A stretch of DNA of 52,201 nt, counting the filler, from Catajapyx aquilonaris (lineage: Eukaryota): the NCBI GenBank assembly GCA_000934665.2. It is 2 parts of 2 records of this genome, joined end to end, with 100 filler letters (N's around TTAATTAATTAA, not from the genome) between each part and the next. Parts side by side here need not be neighbours in the genome. Positions count along the whole stretch, not along the records: positions 1 to 26,051 come from JYFJ02005257.1; 1 more part is not named here. One strand, 5' to 3'. The notes below the pieces were generated by a model that ran no database searches, was not told the origin of the DNA, and saw only the letters and a program-made list of their open reading frames with translations. Each line of letters opens with the position of its first letter. Position 1 is the first letter of the stretch. Shown here one piece after another: positions 1 through 12,400 of the stretch. The position numbers and the translations under genes are program-made.

Positions 1-339
1 AGCAAAGAAACTATGGAAAACGAAAATGTTGGTGGGGGAGTGGGGGGATGGTGGTGTGGGATCGAAAAAGTGGGGGGAATCAAGGTAGAAGGGATTTAAA
101 GCTGGCAGAGCGGCTCCCGGCAAATGCGCGCGGCCAAAATTCGGATGTTTCTGTCGCTCATATCTCGGAAACGGCTGGACGTTGCGAGCTAACACTTTCA
201 CCACTGTGTCTATCGCACATGAATGATCCCTCAAGCCAGTTTCAACTAAATCGGAGGTTCTCGACCCTGACCGTTCCCTTGTTAGGAAAACTCCTAAATG
301 AGTATGAGATGAATTTTCTGAAATCGTCGTACTTCATGA

Positions 340-739
340 GAAACAAATCAATTTGGGAGTTTTCCGAAGTTTTCCGAAGTTTTCCGAAGTGCCAGAAAGC
401 CGCAAATAAGTATTAATTTATTTCTCGCAAAGCACAGCGATTTCAGCAAATTCCTCTGGTATGGTTCTCAAAGTTGTTATTCCGCATATTTTCACGCATT
501 TCATAATTAAATCAGCCTAAAAGTTGGGCGGCAGTAGTCCAATTTCTAGTTATTATAGCCCTTTTTTGGAAATTAATTTAGGGACTTCTAGACGAGTAAA
601 ATGGTTCCAGACACATTCATAGGGTTTTCCCAGATCTCGTAAGTATAGCTGTTATTATTTGCAAAATATCTTGTCCATATCTTCGGAGTACGCGTAAGCC
701 AAAAACTGTGTGGTTCGGGTCGATCTGGGGCCGAAGGGG
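340..739. mobile_element. Right part of a non-autonomous piggyBac-like element; related copy inverted at ~44930-45330
   Basis: Ends ...GAAGGGG followed by TTAA (740-743). Segment 397-472 (aagccgca...ttctcgcaaagcacagcgatttcagcaaattcctctggtatggttctcaa) matches the reverse complement of ~45207-45282. Left terminus not identified, so the start is approximate. Confidence 0.45.
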
Positions 740-775
740 TTAAAGAGCCGCTGGCTGATAACGGGGTATGAACCG

Positions 776-778
776 TTG

Positions 779-836
<58 letters not shown>
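776..836. repeat. (GTT)/(TTA)n microsatellite, probably the tail of a 5'-truncated retroposon
   Basis: Trinucleotide run preceded by gataacggggta, the same motif that precedes the tails of SINEs at 27775-28117 and 50291-50589. Confidence 0.8.
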
Positions 837-838
<2 letters not shown>

Positions 839-959
839 TTAATTTATTAGCAGAACTATATTATATATTAATAAACAAGTAAGAGCGCATTCATATCATG
901 TTATTATCCATCCGACAGAGGCAGCACTGTCACGAGCGTATGTGCTGCTCTCTACACTG

Positions 960-1210
960 TAAACCGCGAGCACCACAATGCAAAAACCACTTTTAAATGT
1001 CCTTGTGATGCTTTTTAAATGTTTTCTGTTGTTAAAAAGCATCAAAAAGCATAACAAGAGCATTAAATAGCATTAACAATTGATGTTCCACGAGAGACTC
1101 AGTACCGGTAGTGATGTTCATTTAATGCTTTGATGATGCTCTTGTAATGCTTTTTGTTGATAAAAGGAACAAGAACATTACAAGAGCATTAACAATTGAT
1201 TTTCCATGGG
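960..1210. repeat. AT-rich element with reiterated direct/inverted motifs (acaagagcattaa / aaagcat), possible MITE relic
   Basis: acaagagcattaa...caattgat occurs twice in direct orientation, with inverted atgctcttgt copies; no clear TSD. Confidence 0.35.
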
Positions 1211-2531
1211 ATACCTATAGTGAAGGTTTTCATATCCAGTTCTTCTCATCCATAGTACCACTGACATGCAGCGCCATATCTTCCAGGTACCGTACCTCCC
1301 AGGATGAACCCATTCCAGCCCAGAACCATACCCGACACCTGCTCCGGTTGCGTGTGTCTCAATCCCATGTTTGGAGAAATCCCCCGGAAAACTTGAGCGT
1401 CACATAACTGGTGACTGTCTTTCCTAGCAGAATCTGCGAGTCAACTTGGTCCAATAAGAGGACGAAAGAGGAGAGGAAAAGAGATGGGTTGGATGCGGAG
1501 GTGGATGCAACAGGCCTTAGCTCCGGTTACAGGGAGTTACCAAAACCTGTTCCCCCGGCCAAACTGGAGTCGGCGAGTGGGAATCGGAGCCTTTTCACCA
1601 AAGTGGGTCTCTGCATACAAATGGTTGCCAGGGGAAAGAGGAAGAGAGGACCCCCTCTTTTTCCCTACAGAGTTGATACGCCCACGAACATGTTGCGTCT
1701 CCTAGAAACACATTCAAGGAAATATAATAAAGTCCCCCTCTATAACCAGGTCAAATGTCATATTCAAATTAGGTGACTGTAACATTGACATTAATCTGCA
1801 AATTAACTCCTAACTTCCTGATAAAAAAACGCCCTTTCACCCCCTGAAAATCAGCCCTTTTCTCAACGCTTAAAGAAAAATCAGTCCCCGTCTAATTCCT
1901 ACGCCTCAAAACTTGATGATATTACTAAGGCCCAAGATGGGACGGAATGAAAAAACGCCCAGGAGACGAACTTTTGTAGACTGAAGAAGGGAACGGAAGA
2001 AGAAAAAAAAAAATGAGGACCTATCAAACTCTGGGCGGCTAGTTTCCTAGTCTGAAGGGGGGGAAGGAGGGGGGGGGACTTAATTATTTTGGTGGGGGCC
2101 ACCCCTTTTCCCCAGCACCTTTTGTCTGTTATCCGAGGGAAGGATGGTGGTTGAGAAGGAGGAGGTGGGGGTTGAGCTCTTAGAAGAGCCACCCCGGAGC
2201 TCCTCCCGACTTTCTTGCATGTCTCTCCGACCCGCATCTTGATAAGAGCTGTCAGTACAACCTGCCACGGGCAAGTGATAGCTATCACGAGCTTTCACCC
2301 AACTTCATCTTGGGGGCCCTGCTGCTGCACGCTAAGGCCAACAGGGCGCAAATTTTCACCCTTCAGCTAAGGGTTAACATTTCCGACATTGTTATCACAC
2401 CCAGATATTGCTAATTAGCTGTTTTAGAAAATTTAGTATGGTGGTAGCTGCTTAATTTGTTAATATAAAAAATAAAATAAGCAGCTATTTTCAATTGGTC
2501 AGTAGAATAACTAGAGGTTGACCTGCTGGAG

Positions 2532-3382
2532 TCACCTTCGACCCGGTCGCCTTAGCTTGTGGGAGCCAACTTCCACTTTCAGACCCCCCCTTTCCTTTCC
2601 TCCCAAGAATGCTTTACCAAAACTCGGGGAATTAGTCGCGATTATTCTGCTCGGAATGCAACAAATAGACGCCATCCCTGCCACGTCTTCCCCCACCCCC
2701 CTCCTCTTCTCTGCAGACGAAAAAAATTTTCCTTTTGCCCTGGTGACAAGTGCAATAACTTGGGCCTCCAGCAAAGTTTCCATAAGCAATGAGCAACCAC
2801 CCACTTCTCCACCCCCCACCTCTTTTAGTCTTCTGTCAAGACCGCACGCTATCTCTTCTCCGGATGGAAAGGACTCTGACACCCGCCCTAAGAAACTGGA
2901 TATCCTAATTTCGGCTCGCAGCTGTTTCCCCACTGGACACGAAAACCCTCATGCAGGTTAATGATTTTTCCGGAGCGTCTCAACCACCCCCCATCTTCCT
3001 TCCTTTACACGGTGCCACAATAAGTCGACAAACTTCGGCACAATAAGACATTGTTTCAATATGGGCCAGAAAGTAATTCGCAATCATCAGCAATAATAGG
3101 CTATCGAATCAAAATGTCCACCATGCTAATTTGTTAAAGAAAAATTGGTTTAAAACATACACATATATGCAGGACAAAAAATTCATACCTTTGTCTGGTA
3201 GCACAACCATGAAACAGCGCAGACGACGCACCTGCAATGAACACGTTGTAATTACAAACAAAATCCTCACTCCCAATTGTCGCGGCCAATTAACACAAAA
3301 GTACTAGTCCCATTGCATGTTGTAGTGTTCTCCCCCCTCCACATAACACCCCTCTTTTTTTGTGTTTCCCCCATCTCACCAT
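2532..3382 (-). CDS. Candidate small spliced gene, ~148 aa, unknown function
   Basis: ATG|gtgaga at 3382-3380; exon 3231-3189 (cattgcag|...AAAG|gtatga); exon 2932-2532 (gtccag|). Both junctions are phase-compatible: MVRRLRCFMVVLPDKVGKQLRAEIRISSFLGRV...RRPGRR*. No recognisable domain. Confidence 0.35.
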
Positions 3383-6300
3383 CCGCAGCAGAGAGTAGAG
3401 ACCGCAGCAGATAACCTGCGGGGCATTTTACAGGCCATGACGATAATATTTCAATAATCGGATCATCCAGCTAGTTAACAAGCCCACTTTACACCAATCC
3501 CAAGGGCGGGCTTTAGCCTCGGCTTGCATTTCCGCCGTATTTAAAAAGCCTCGTAAACAATAGTGCGAATTGAATCGTACTTGGATGCATCGGGCCTTTA
3601 ATAAAAAAATTGGGTCCAACTGAATTAAGCTCTAATTATGATGCTCACAAGGCCTATCAACGGGCTATAATTCAGTGCGCATGACAATTTGGCGGTAACA
3701 CGCTTGTCTACAACCTTTTTACGGTGTGTGGCGTAGTGCTTTGGATATAAAACGGTCCATTTTTTGGGGGGAGGGTATACAGACCAATTTGAACTTTCCA
3801 TTACACCCTGTACTATGTTCCGAGGTTGACAGGCCTAGAAGCCAAGCCCCTTCAATAATTCCCTACAGCTTTGGTTTGCGGTCCAATCTGCAGCATCTCT
3901 ATTCGAATGAAGCTGTGCTTGACGCCAAGATCTGTTTCAGCTTCCCTGTACCATATCCACAAAACCCATGGGCTTCAAAATTTCATCAGAGGTGCACCTA
4001 CCCCTGCTGCACGGATGGTGATGATCAGTGAATTATTACTGGGCCCTCCATTTGGTCCCCAGCCTTCACAGATCAAACCAATTAGGTTTACTTAGTTAGA
4101 TGTATTTCTGCGACCGACTTGCCAAGCTGGTGCTACGGAGTGTGACACAGTATTAGCTCAGGTGGATTAGTAGTGTTGAGAACATTGGTAGAGATGATGA
4201 TGGTCTTGAGGTAATAACCGGCTGGAAAATATTCGTGGGCCTCGTACCTTGGAGCATGTCAAGGCGTACGTGCATAACAAGACGACAGGTTTTCATTTCT
4301 TTGGCGAACCTTCCTTCCATCCGCTGACACACAGCCCACTCGCTGTGCGGACCCCTATAGAAACAGGTTGAGTGCCAAGTGGGTCTACACAACTTCCAAC
4401 CGTAATCAGGCTATTCCTAATTAATTTACTTATAATTACTTTTCGACTGGTCTTGATGCCGTCTCGACCTCCCTGGTTGGAAAAGGAATTATCCGAATGA
4501 GGCCTTTCAAAAAAAAAATATAAAAAAAAATGGGGAGGGTAGATGGGAGAGTGGGGGTAAATCGAATCGGAGCTGCCCAACTGGACCTGGGCACGCAAAG
4601 TGTCACTCAGGTTGTCTTCTGCGCCGTTTTGAAGACTTGCTTGACTTGGGAAGGTGCATAGCCTTCACGCGTCACATCTAACGGGCAGGTGTTGGCCGCT
4701 TGGATATTTCCTTGGAGCCGGTTGCAAGCCCATTTGATTTGGAAAAAAATAAACAAGTCTAAACAACCATGGTAGGAACATACCAACCTGTCACCAAATA
4801 AACCGTTTTCATTAATAAAAAATTTGCAACCACATGCATTATGTGGCAAATCGATAGAACCCCATACATATTGTACAAAACTAATGTCCGGTGCTCTAAT
4901 CGGCTATATTTAATGTATCGGAACTGGACTTAATAATTCAGGTTTTGGGCAAGTTCCAGTGATGGTCAAAATCCGAAAGTGGAAGTCACGGGGGGAGAAA
5001 GAAATACATGGAGTATCTGATGCGGTAAATGAACTGTTAAGACTGTTGGTAAGGAAGCGAAAGAGGCTCCCCCTGTGGATTAGAAGGGGGAATCAACGGG
5101 ACAATAGCCAATTGCAGAAGTTTTATCACTTGTTGTTGGCGCAGCTTGCAAGAGGCACTTCCTCTTAACACATATTGACCCACACCATTGGCTGATCACA
5201 AAATATGGTTACCTCTGGTCCTTATAAGGGATATAAAATTACCAATTTAGTCATAAGCAAGGGAAACACAACGCGATAAGTGTGCCAACATACTCTTTAT
5301 TTCAGAAATATTCATTCAGTGGGAAAAACACAAGCACAAAGCAATTTTCCCACTCACATGCAACAGGCAAGCAAAAAATGAATTTGCTATACTTGTTTAT
5401 TCATCGTGTAGATATCATCCACAAGTCATGTTTGTGCAAAAAGTCATGGGCTTTCGAAAGCATGTCACACTGGCCCAGTCAATGACGTATAACAAAAATA
5501 TTTACTTTATGCACATATATTTGGTTTTCTAAAACGATTCACTGGTTCATAAATACATTCCCAAAGCACGTCTGGAGTTAAAATTTATTTTGTACTGTTC
5601 CTGCAGATTCAAACGACCATCCAGTCATGTACACACAACCCGGATCCAAAGTGAAGTTGCAAACCCACTGACTAAGCTGCATGATTCTCTAACTTATAAG
5701 TGATGGTGGGCTCTTGACCAAAGAATACTTATCAACCACAGTAAATTTAGTCACTTGGATTTGTAAAGCCAAAGTATTAACAGTGTGTCAATATTCTCAA
5801 GCAGCAAAACTGCCACGCCACTGCACTCTTTCCAACGTGTACAACTGGCATTTTCTGGCAACACTGCATCAAATTTTTTCGATCATTATTACGCCAAGAT
5901 CCTCATTCATAATAGCACATCAAGTGATTAAGCATGGTTTTGGTTTGTACTTAGCACCTCTCCATATTTATAGCCCATCTCAAACACTGAGGAAAAACAT
6001 TCCGAGTATCCTTTCCTGGATTTGTAAGGCGAGGGATGGCAAGCACATGACTTAGGATCACGTAAATTTAAAACCAGATATCCCCTTTAATTGCAGTTTA
6101 ACAAGAATGCAAAAGTTGGTTGCATCACACATTTCCATTATTAATTTCCCTTTTCTTTTGGACAGCTAGAGCTGTGACTATGCAAAATATACAGATGGAG
6201 CATAGCTTGGTAAGGCTTACAATTCGAACTTATGAAAAGGTGGCTTATGACATGCACTTCCACTACTGCTTCCATGCTTCCAGGAACTCAAGAACCACTT

Positions 6301-6401
6301 TCCTTGTCCTGACGATTCCAATGTTAATAACTATTTTGCTTCCAAACCTCGCTCGAGATGTTGCAGGTTGACAGATCCACCGTCTATGACCTCTATTGTA
6401 T

Positions 6402-9400
6402 TCAACTGTCAACTGTAGATGCTGAAACTACCTGTGGAAAAAGCTCTCCCATCACCCCATCAAGGTCCATGAGTCCTGTTGCTGCACTAGCACTGTTAAT
6501 AACCACTTCCGTCAACTCTTCTTCCTCTGGCTGCTCCTCTATCTCTTGCATAATCATTCTTCTGTTGCTTCCCTCAATCTCTTGACTAAGGTGAGGGTGT
6601 GTTCTCTTCAGATGTGTGCGCAAGTTCCCTCTCTGTGTGAACCTAAACCCACAATGCTGACACACGTGTGAGCGATCCCCAGTGTGCTTCTTCATGTGGA
6701 TGGCTAGTGCGTTCTTCTGGTTGAACCGCTTCTCACACACCTGGCACTGGAAGGGACGCTCTCCAGTGTGGATCCGCAAGTGGCGCTGCAGCTGGCTTGG
6801 TTTCAAAAATACCTTTCCACATGTTGGACAGCTACGGTCACCTCGAAGCTGCCTAGGAGCCTTGGAATCAGTAGCAGGTTGGATGAACCTGTTAGTGTTG
6901 TGGTCTAGCACTAATGATGTAGAAGTTGCAGGGGGTGGTGATGGAGGTGACTTGAAGTCTTCTTGAAGGAGGTCAATGGTTGCTTGTTGGATGTTGACAA
7001 TCTGTCCATGCTCATCTGTGTGGACCTCAAAATGGACACTGCCGACATTGCCTGCTGCATGGGACGACATGCTGCCCAGAACTGGATTGGACACTAGGAA
7101 CAAGAGTACACTCATGAGTTAGATCAGAAACAGCCACAAATTTAGCTTAACTTTACAGTATGATTGCAAGGAGGGAAAACTTTGAGGAAATGATTCCAAG
7201 ATTTCAATCATATGATGCATTTATTTTTGCCATTCAAAAAATGATTTAATGACCCCTGATTTGGAATAATTTCCTCTAGATTCTCCCTCCTTGTCAGCAC
7301 CACCATCATTGCATATGACATATCAAGGAGTGGGGTGGGAAAAAGTTTCACCATTACTTCCAAACATACTAATATTTCATACCAAGTGTCCCCTTCTTCC
7401 TCCCACTCCTTGTGAAAAAGTTGTCCACCAACATTTGGGATCATGTGCTCCTGCCGGCCGATGTCAAACTTTGAAAATGCAAATCTTCCATTTGAAAGAT
7501 CGAAAAATTTCAGGATTTTCACCAGCATGCTTCCAGAAGGTCATGCGATGTCTTGAGCACAAAATTTCAAGTTTCAATTTTTGGTACTATCAGTCCACCA
7601 AGAATTGTCGTAGCGGCAGCGCACGAACTACAGTTACGAGCACTTCCGGGGGGAGAAGTCAATGGAGAAGTGCTCGTAGACTGTAGTTCGTGCCCTGCCG
7701 CTACGACAATTCTTGGTGGACTGATAGTACCATGGCCCATTAACAACCGGCCTACTTGGTACCTAATAAACCCATTGTTAAGAGGGTCCCATGAGGTTGC
7801 AGATAATAACCCACTCACACTGACAATGGTGAAAGGGGAATCATGCTCACTAATTGCAATAGTGTCAATTATGTCCTCACCTTCTACAGCTTCTAGCATA
7901 TCCACCTCTGACTCCGAATCAGAGGCATCATCCCCCAGAGTCCCGTCAAAGAGCCGGACCTCCTCTGTGCCATCTCCACCTGCTGCCTCAGACTGCTGCA
8001 TGACAAGCTGCTGAAGGAAAGTGTCATCCACCTGAACTGCACCCACTGTTTGGCCCAGCAAAACTGGTTCCAATGACATATGAAGACTCTGGGTATGTGC
8101 CACATTGCCATCATCCTCAGGGGTTGCCAGGAACTGGATAGCTCCAATCACATTGCCCTGCTCACTTAAAATAGGTGAGAACCCATTGCCCAGATCCAGT
8201 ATCGGATCAACCGGTGCAGCAACTGGTGGTGCTGGATTCTTCTTTGGTTGCTTTTTCCTTGGCGTGGTTGACTTGAAGTGTGACTGGATGTGAGCTTTCC
8301 TATGCCCCGAGGTCCGAAAACGCACTTCACAATGGGGACATTTGAATGGCTTGGCGCCGGTATGCAGACGCATGTGCACCTTAAGGCTGCCTTTGGTGGC
8401 AAACATGTTCCCACACACATGGCAGCCATACTGTCGGGTACCTGTGTGGGTCTTTCGGTGAGAATCTAGGGTGGACTTCACAGTAAAGGTCTTGCCACAA
8501 ATGGAACAATGGAAGGGGCGTTCGCCAGTGTGGATTCTTATATGACGAGCCAAATCTGATGGCTTCTTGAAGCTCTTGGGGCACCGTGAACACTGGTTGG
8601 CATGACGAGGGCCAGATTGAATGTCCTGGTTGCGATCCCGAAGTTCTGACACACGATCACGCTCAGCTGCTGATGCTATAAGAACCTACAAATAGAGCCC
8701 AGTCATTAGATATTTCCTGTGAAAACACTTCCTTCTTGAACATCCCAGAGTCAAACAATTTCTACACTGTATTGCATTGGAATTCAATGTTTCATGATTC
8801 CTCAGTAAAATAGTTTCCAACAAGAAACGGTACTGCTGCTAGAGCTACTGCTTTGGAATGCTAATGGTTTCAAGTATTTCTCAGGGAAACCACATTTTAA
8901 ACAAAAACCACACTGCTCATTCCAGAAATTAAAACTGCCCACATGCTACACACTTTTCTGCAGAAAAAAAGTTTTAACATGTTATTTTCCTGCTTAGGGC
9001 CGGTTGCACCAGTCGCGGTATATGGAACGGTATATGGAAGAACCCTGTACCGCGGGTACACGGTATATTCCATGAAAAACCGCGGGTTTATTCCATAGCA
9101 TTGCACCGGTCCAGATAAATGGGGGGTATTCGGTAGTACGCTGGCTCATGAGACGTAAGCGGGCAAAAATTTTGGAGAGCCGTGATTGGATCGCAGCACC
9201 CGTGACGCAATCCGTGACGTCATGAAAGTATGGCCAGTCGTCTCGTATCTACGGCAACTATGTGGCAGGGTTGCCACCTGGTGTCACACAGTACACGAAA
9301 TCCCAAGCACCAGTCCGCAACCACGACAACACCATAAACCCGCGGTATAAGCAACTTGTGCTGCAGGATCGGCGGGTAGATGGATCGGGCGGTAAATGGG

Positions 9401-12400
9401 AGGGACAACGGGCCGTTTTAGAACAACCGCAGGTGGCGCAACACTTCTCGCGGTATACCGGAGTCAAAACCCGCCGTTTTCCATATACCGTGACTGGTGC
9501 AACCGGCCCTTAGTAGATGCAGTCAAAAGAGAAATTTTTTGATATGTAAAAATGGTGTTTGAGGACATATGTGTGTATTCCACAATTTATCCCCAGCCTG
9601 TAAATATCCACTTTTGATGACACACAGTCCATATTGTCACAGCTTATGGTAATGAAAAAAAGTGTTCTTGAAACCCATACTCCATCCTCACCTTTTCTGA
9701 CACAGACTGTGCGCAGTCCACAGGCTGCTTGGCCAATTCCTCTGTTTGCTGCTCTGACAGTTGTATGATGGCTGGCCGCTTCCGCACTTTGCGAATAAAT
9801 TGCACTGGGTGTGGAGCATTGCCTGCTATTCCTGTGCTACCTACTGCGTTAGTGGATGTAGCAGTTGCAGTAGTGGAAGTACAATGTGCACTCTCATTAT
9901 GCCGCTTCAGATGTGCCTCAGTGTGGAATGCAGCACCACACAGAAGGCAGCAGTGGGGCTGAGTAGACGAGTGGGTCTGCACATGCCGGGTCAAGGTAGC
10001 TTTTGTTGTGAAGCTGGCCTGGCACAGCTGACATTTGTACTCCTTGCTTGACCTATGAACTTTTTGGTGCGCCTTCAAGAGGCTGGTAGAAGCAAACACT
10101 TTGTGACACTCTGAACATTGGAAAAGCTGTTGTTGTGCATGTGCCAGTACTGATTTGGTCTCATGAATTTCAGCCTCTTCATCATCATCATCGTCATCAT
10201 CATCATCATCATCTCCATCAACATTGTCATTCTCATCTCCCCTTCCATCTACTCCACTCTCTTTTCTACCCACTAACCCTTCTCCAAGTTGGTCTTCCAG
10301 TGCAGGAGACTCAGCTGGTTCAGGAGGCTGAAGCATGCTTGACATCACACCTCCAAGCTGGTCGCTCTGAAATTAAGTAGGCCATTTAATGATGCACTGT
10401 TTCCTTCCCTCCTACTGATGTAGACCCTTCGAGCAAAGCAATGCAAAACAATATCACTTGCCTGCAGGTTAATGGCAGAGAAGACAGATGCATCCAGGTT
10501 TTGAGCCTCAAACGCCTGCCCAAACACAGCTCCTGCCTCGCCATCCAGGTCATCTCCTCTCTCGCCTATGCCACCTTTCCCTTCCCTGCACTTCCCTTTT
10601 CCATCTGCCCCTCCTCCAGCACCATTTGGAGCAGACCCTAGCAGTGGGGATGGCCCCGTTGAGACCACCTGGCTTCCCACTGTTGACTGTATCATGCTGG
10701 ATTGCCCCACCACCCCAACCATGGCTGACTCCTCTCCCATATCTGATGCTTGGTGCTGGTGGTGATGGTGCCCAAACATTTGTTGACTCAGTGTCTGCTC
10801 AATCTGTGGAGATATTCATGATGAATAGCTCACCTTTAACATAGGTTTGATCTCTACTTATTTTCAAGCACACCATATAACTGCACCTTCAATTACACAA
10901 ACTTGATGTACTTAACTCACACTTTATACGTAAATCAACGTATAATAAAATTGCAAACGAATTTCTACCTGTGAGAAGGCCTCTTGGCCAGTCAGGGCAG
11001 GCAACGTGATGGCTTCACCCTGAGCAAGATCAGCTGAAACAAGTGAAATATTTTCATTAACAAATAGTTGTCCTACTTGGAAATAATCAATTCAACTTGT
11101 CATGATCATACCAGTAGCAAGTGTCTGCACCAGCTCAGCTTGCTCAAATCCATCATTATGCCCTTGTGATGTTGGGGGCCCAATATCAAAGGCATCATCA
11201 TCAAATCCCTGAGAGAATCCTGGTGCTAACACACCAGGATCAGCAAACCCCAGAGTTGCACCTGAGGCAAGTGAAGCATCAAGTGCAGCTGTCTCATCAG
11301 CCTTGGCCTGCTCAGCAGCTTGGTGGGCTAGTTCAGCTCGATGTGTTTTCATATGCTTCCGGCAGTTAACAATTGTCTTAAAGGTCTTCTGGCAGTAAGG
11401 GCACATGAAGGGGCGATTCTCACTGTGGGTAGCCATGTGCCGCTTGAGACTTCCATTTGTAGTGAAGAGATGGGCACAGAGGGGGCAGCTGAAGGACTTC
11501 ACCCCATCATGGGTGCGGGAATGGGCCTTTAACACACCTGAGGATACGAAGGAACGAAGGCACTGTCCACACTGGTACGGCTTTTCCCCAGTGTGTGACC
11601 TCATATGCTGCTTCAAATGGCTTGATTTCTTGAAGGCTGAGCTGCAACAAGCACATTTATAAGGACGTTCTGGGCCAGGGACATCCATTGTGCCTGGAGG
11701 CTTTTGCACATAACCAGAATCTGTTATGAATATTGGCTCCTGAAAGAAATCAGATACAAATAAATTAGTAAACACCCAGCCTCTTTAGTCAAATTTTTTC
11801 AAATTTATGAGAAACACCAACTGAGGTCAAACTGATGCAACTATAGAATTTAGTCACATTTTCCCTATTTCCATTTTACCTGAAGTGCGATGTTGGGCAC
11901 TGGCTGTGGAGGCTGTGAAGAGGCAGCAGCCCTTGCCTCCATGATGCGCCGCATCCTTGCTTGGCCAGCATCACCCCCAGCTGCCTCCCTATTATGGGAA
12001 AGCACATGCATCTTTCGATGCCCTGCTGTGCGAAAAGCCTTCCCACAGTCACCACAACTGTAGGGACGGGTGTCAGTGTGCATACGAAGATGGACACGCA
12101 GGCTCCCACGTGAAGAAAAGCGTTTCTGGCAGTTCATGCAAGCAAAGCGCTTCACCCCTGAGTGAGTGCGGACATGAGCTGTCAGTGTAGACTTGACCGC
12201 AAAACATCGGAAGCACAGGTGGCACTTGAATGGCCGCTCATGTGTATGGGTTCTCATGTGCCGTACAAGGTCAGAGGGTTTCTTGAATTCCTTCCAGCAA
12301 CTCGAACACTGGTGCCAACGGACTCCTCCTGCACGACGCAGCTTGATCACATGCTTCCTGTTTTGATCGTAGTAGGTCATTGAGGATTGGGAGGAGAAAA

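Noticed and set aside
361..390. (TTTCCGAAGT)x3 short direct repeat
   Set aside because: No spacers, and it sits inside a transposon relic in a eukaryote; not CRISPR-like.
2080..2335. In-frame TGA in an exon-like segment, considered as selenocysteine
   Set aside because: No redox motif, no SECIS recognised, and all three frames contain stops.
7567..7850. C-terminal extension of the 361-aa ORF and the mirrored plus-strand ORF 7553-8014
   Set aside because: Read-through into an intron containing a palindrome, which explains the identical peptides on both strands.
10178..10212. (CAT)n/(GAT)n run
   Set aside because: Encodes an ordinary poly-Asp tract in ZNF236.
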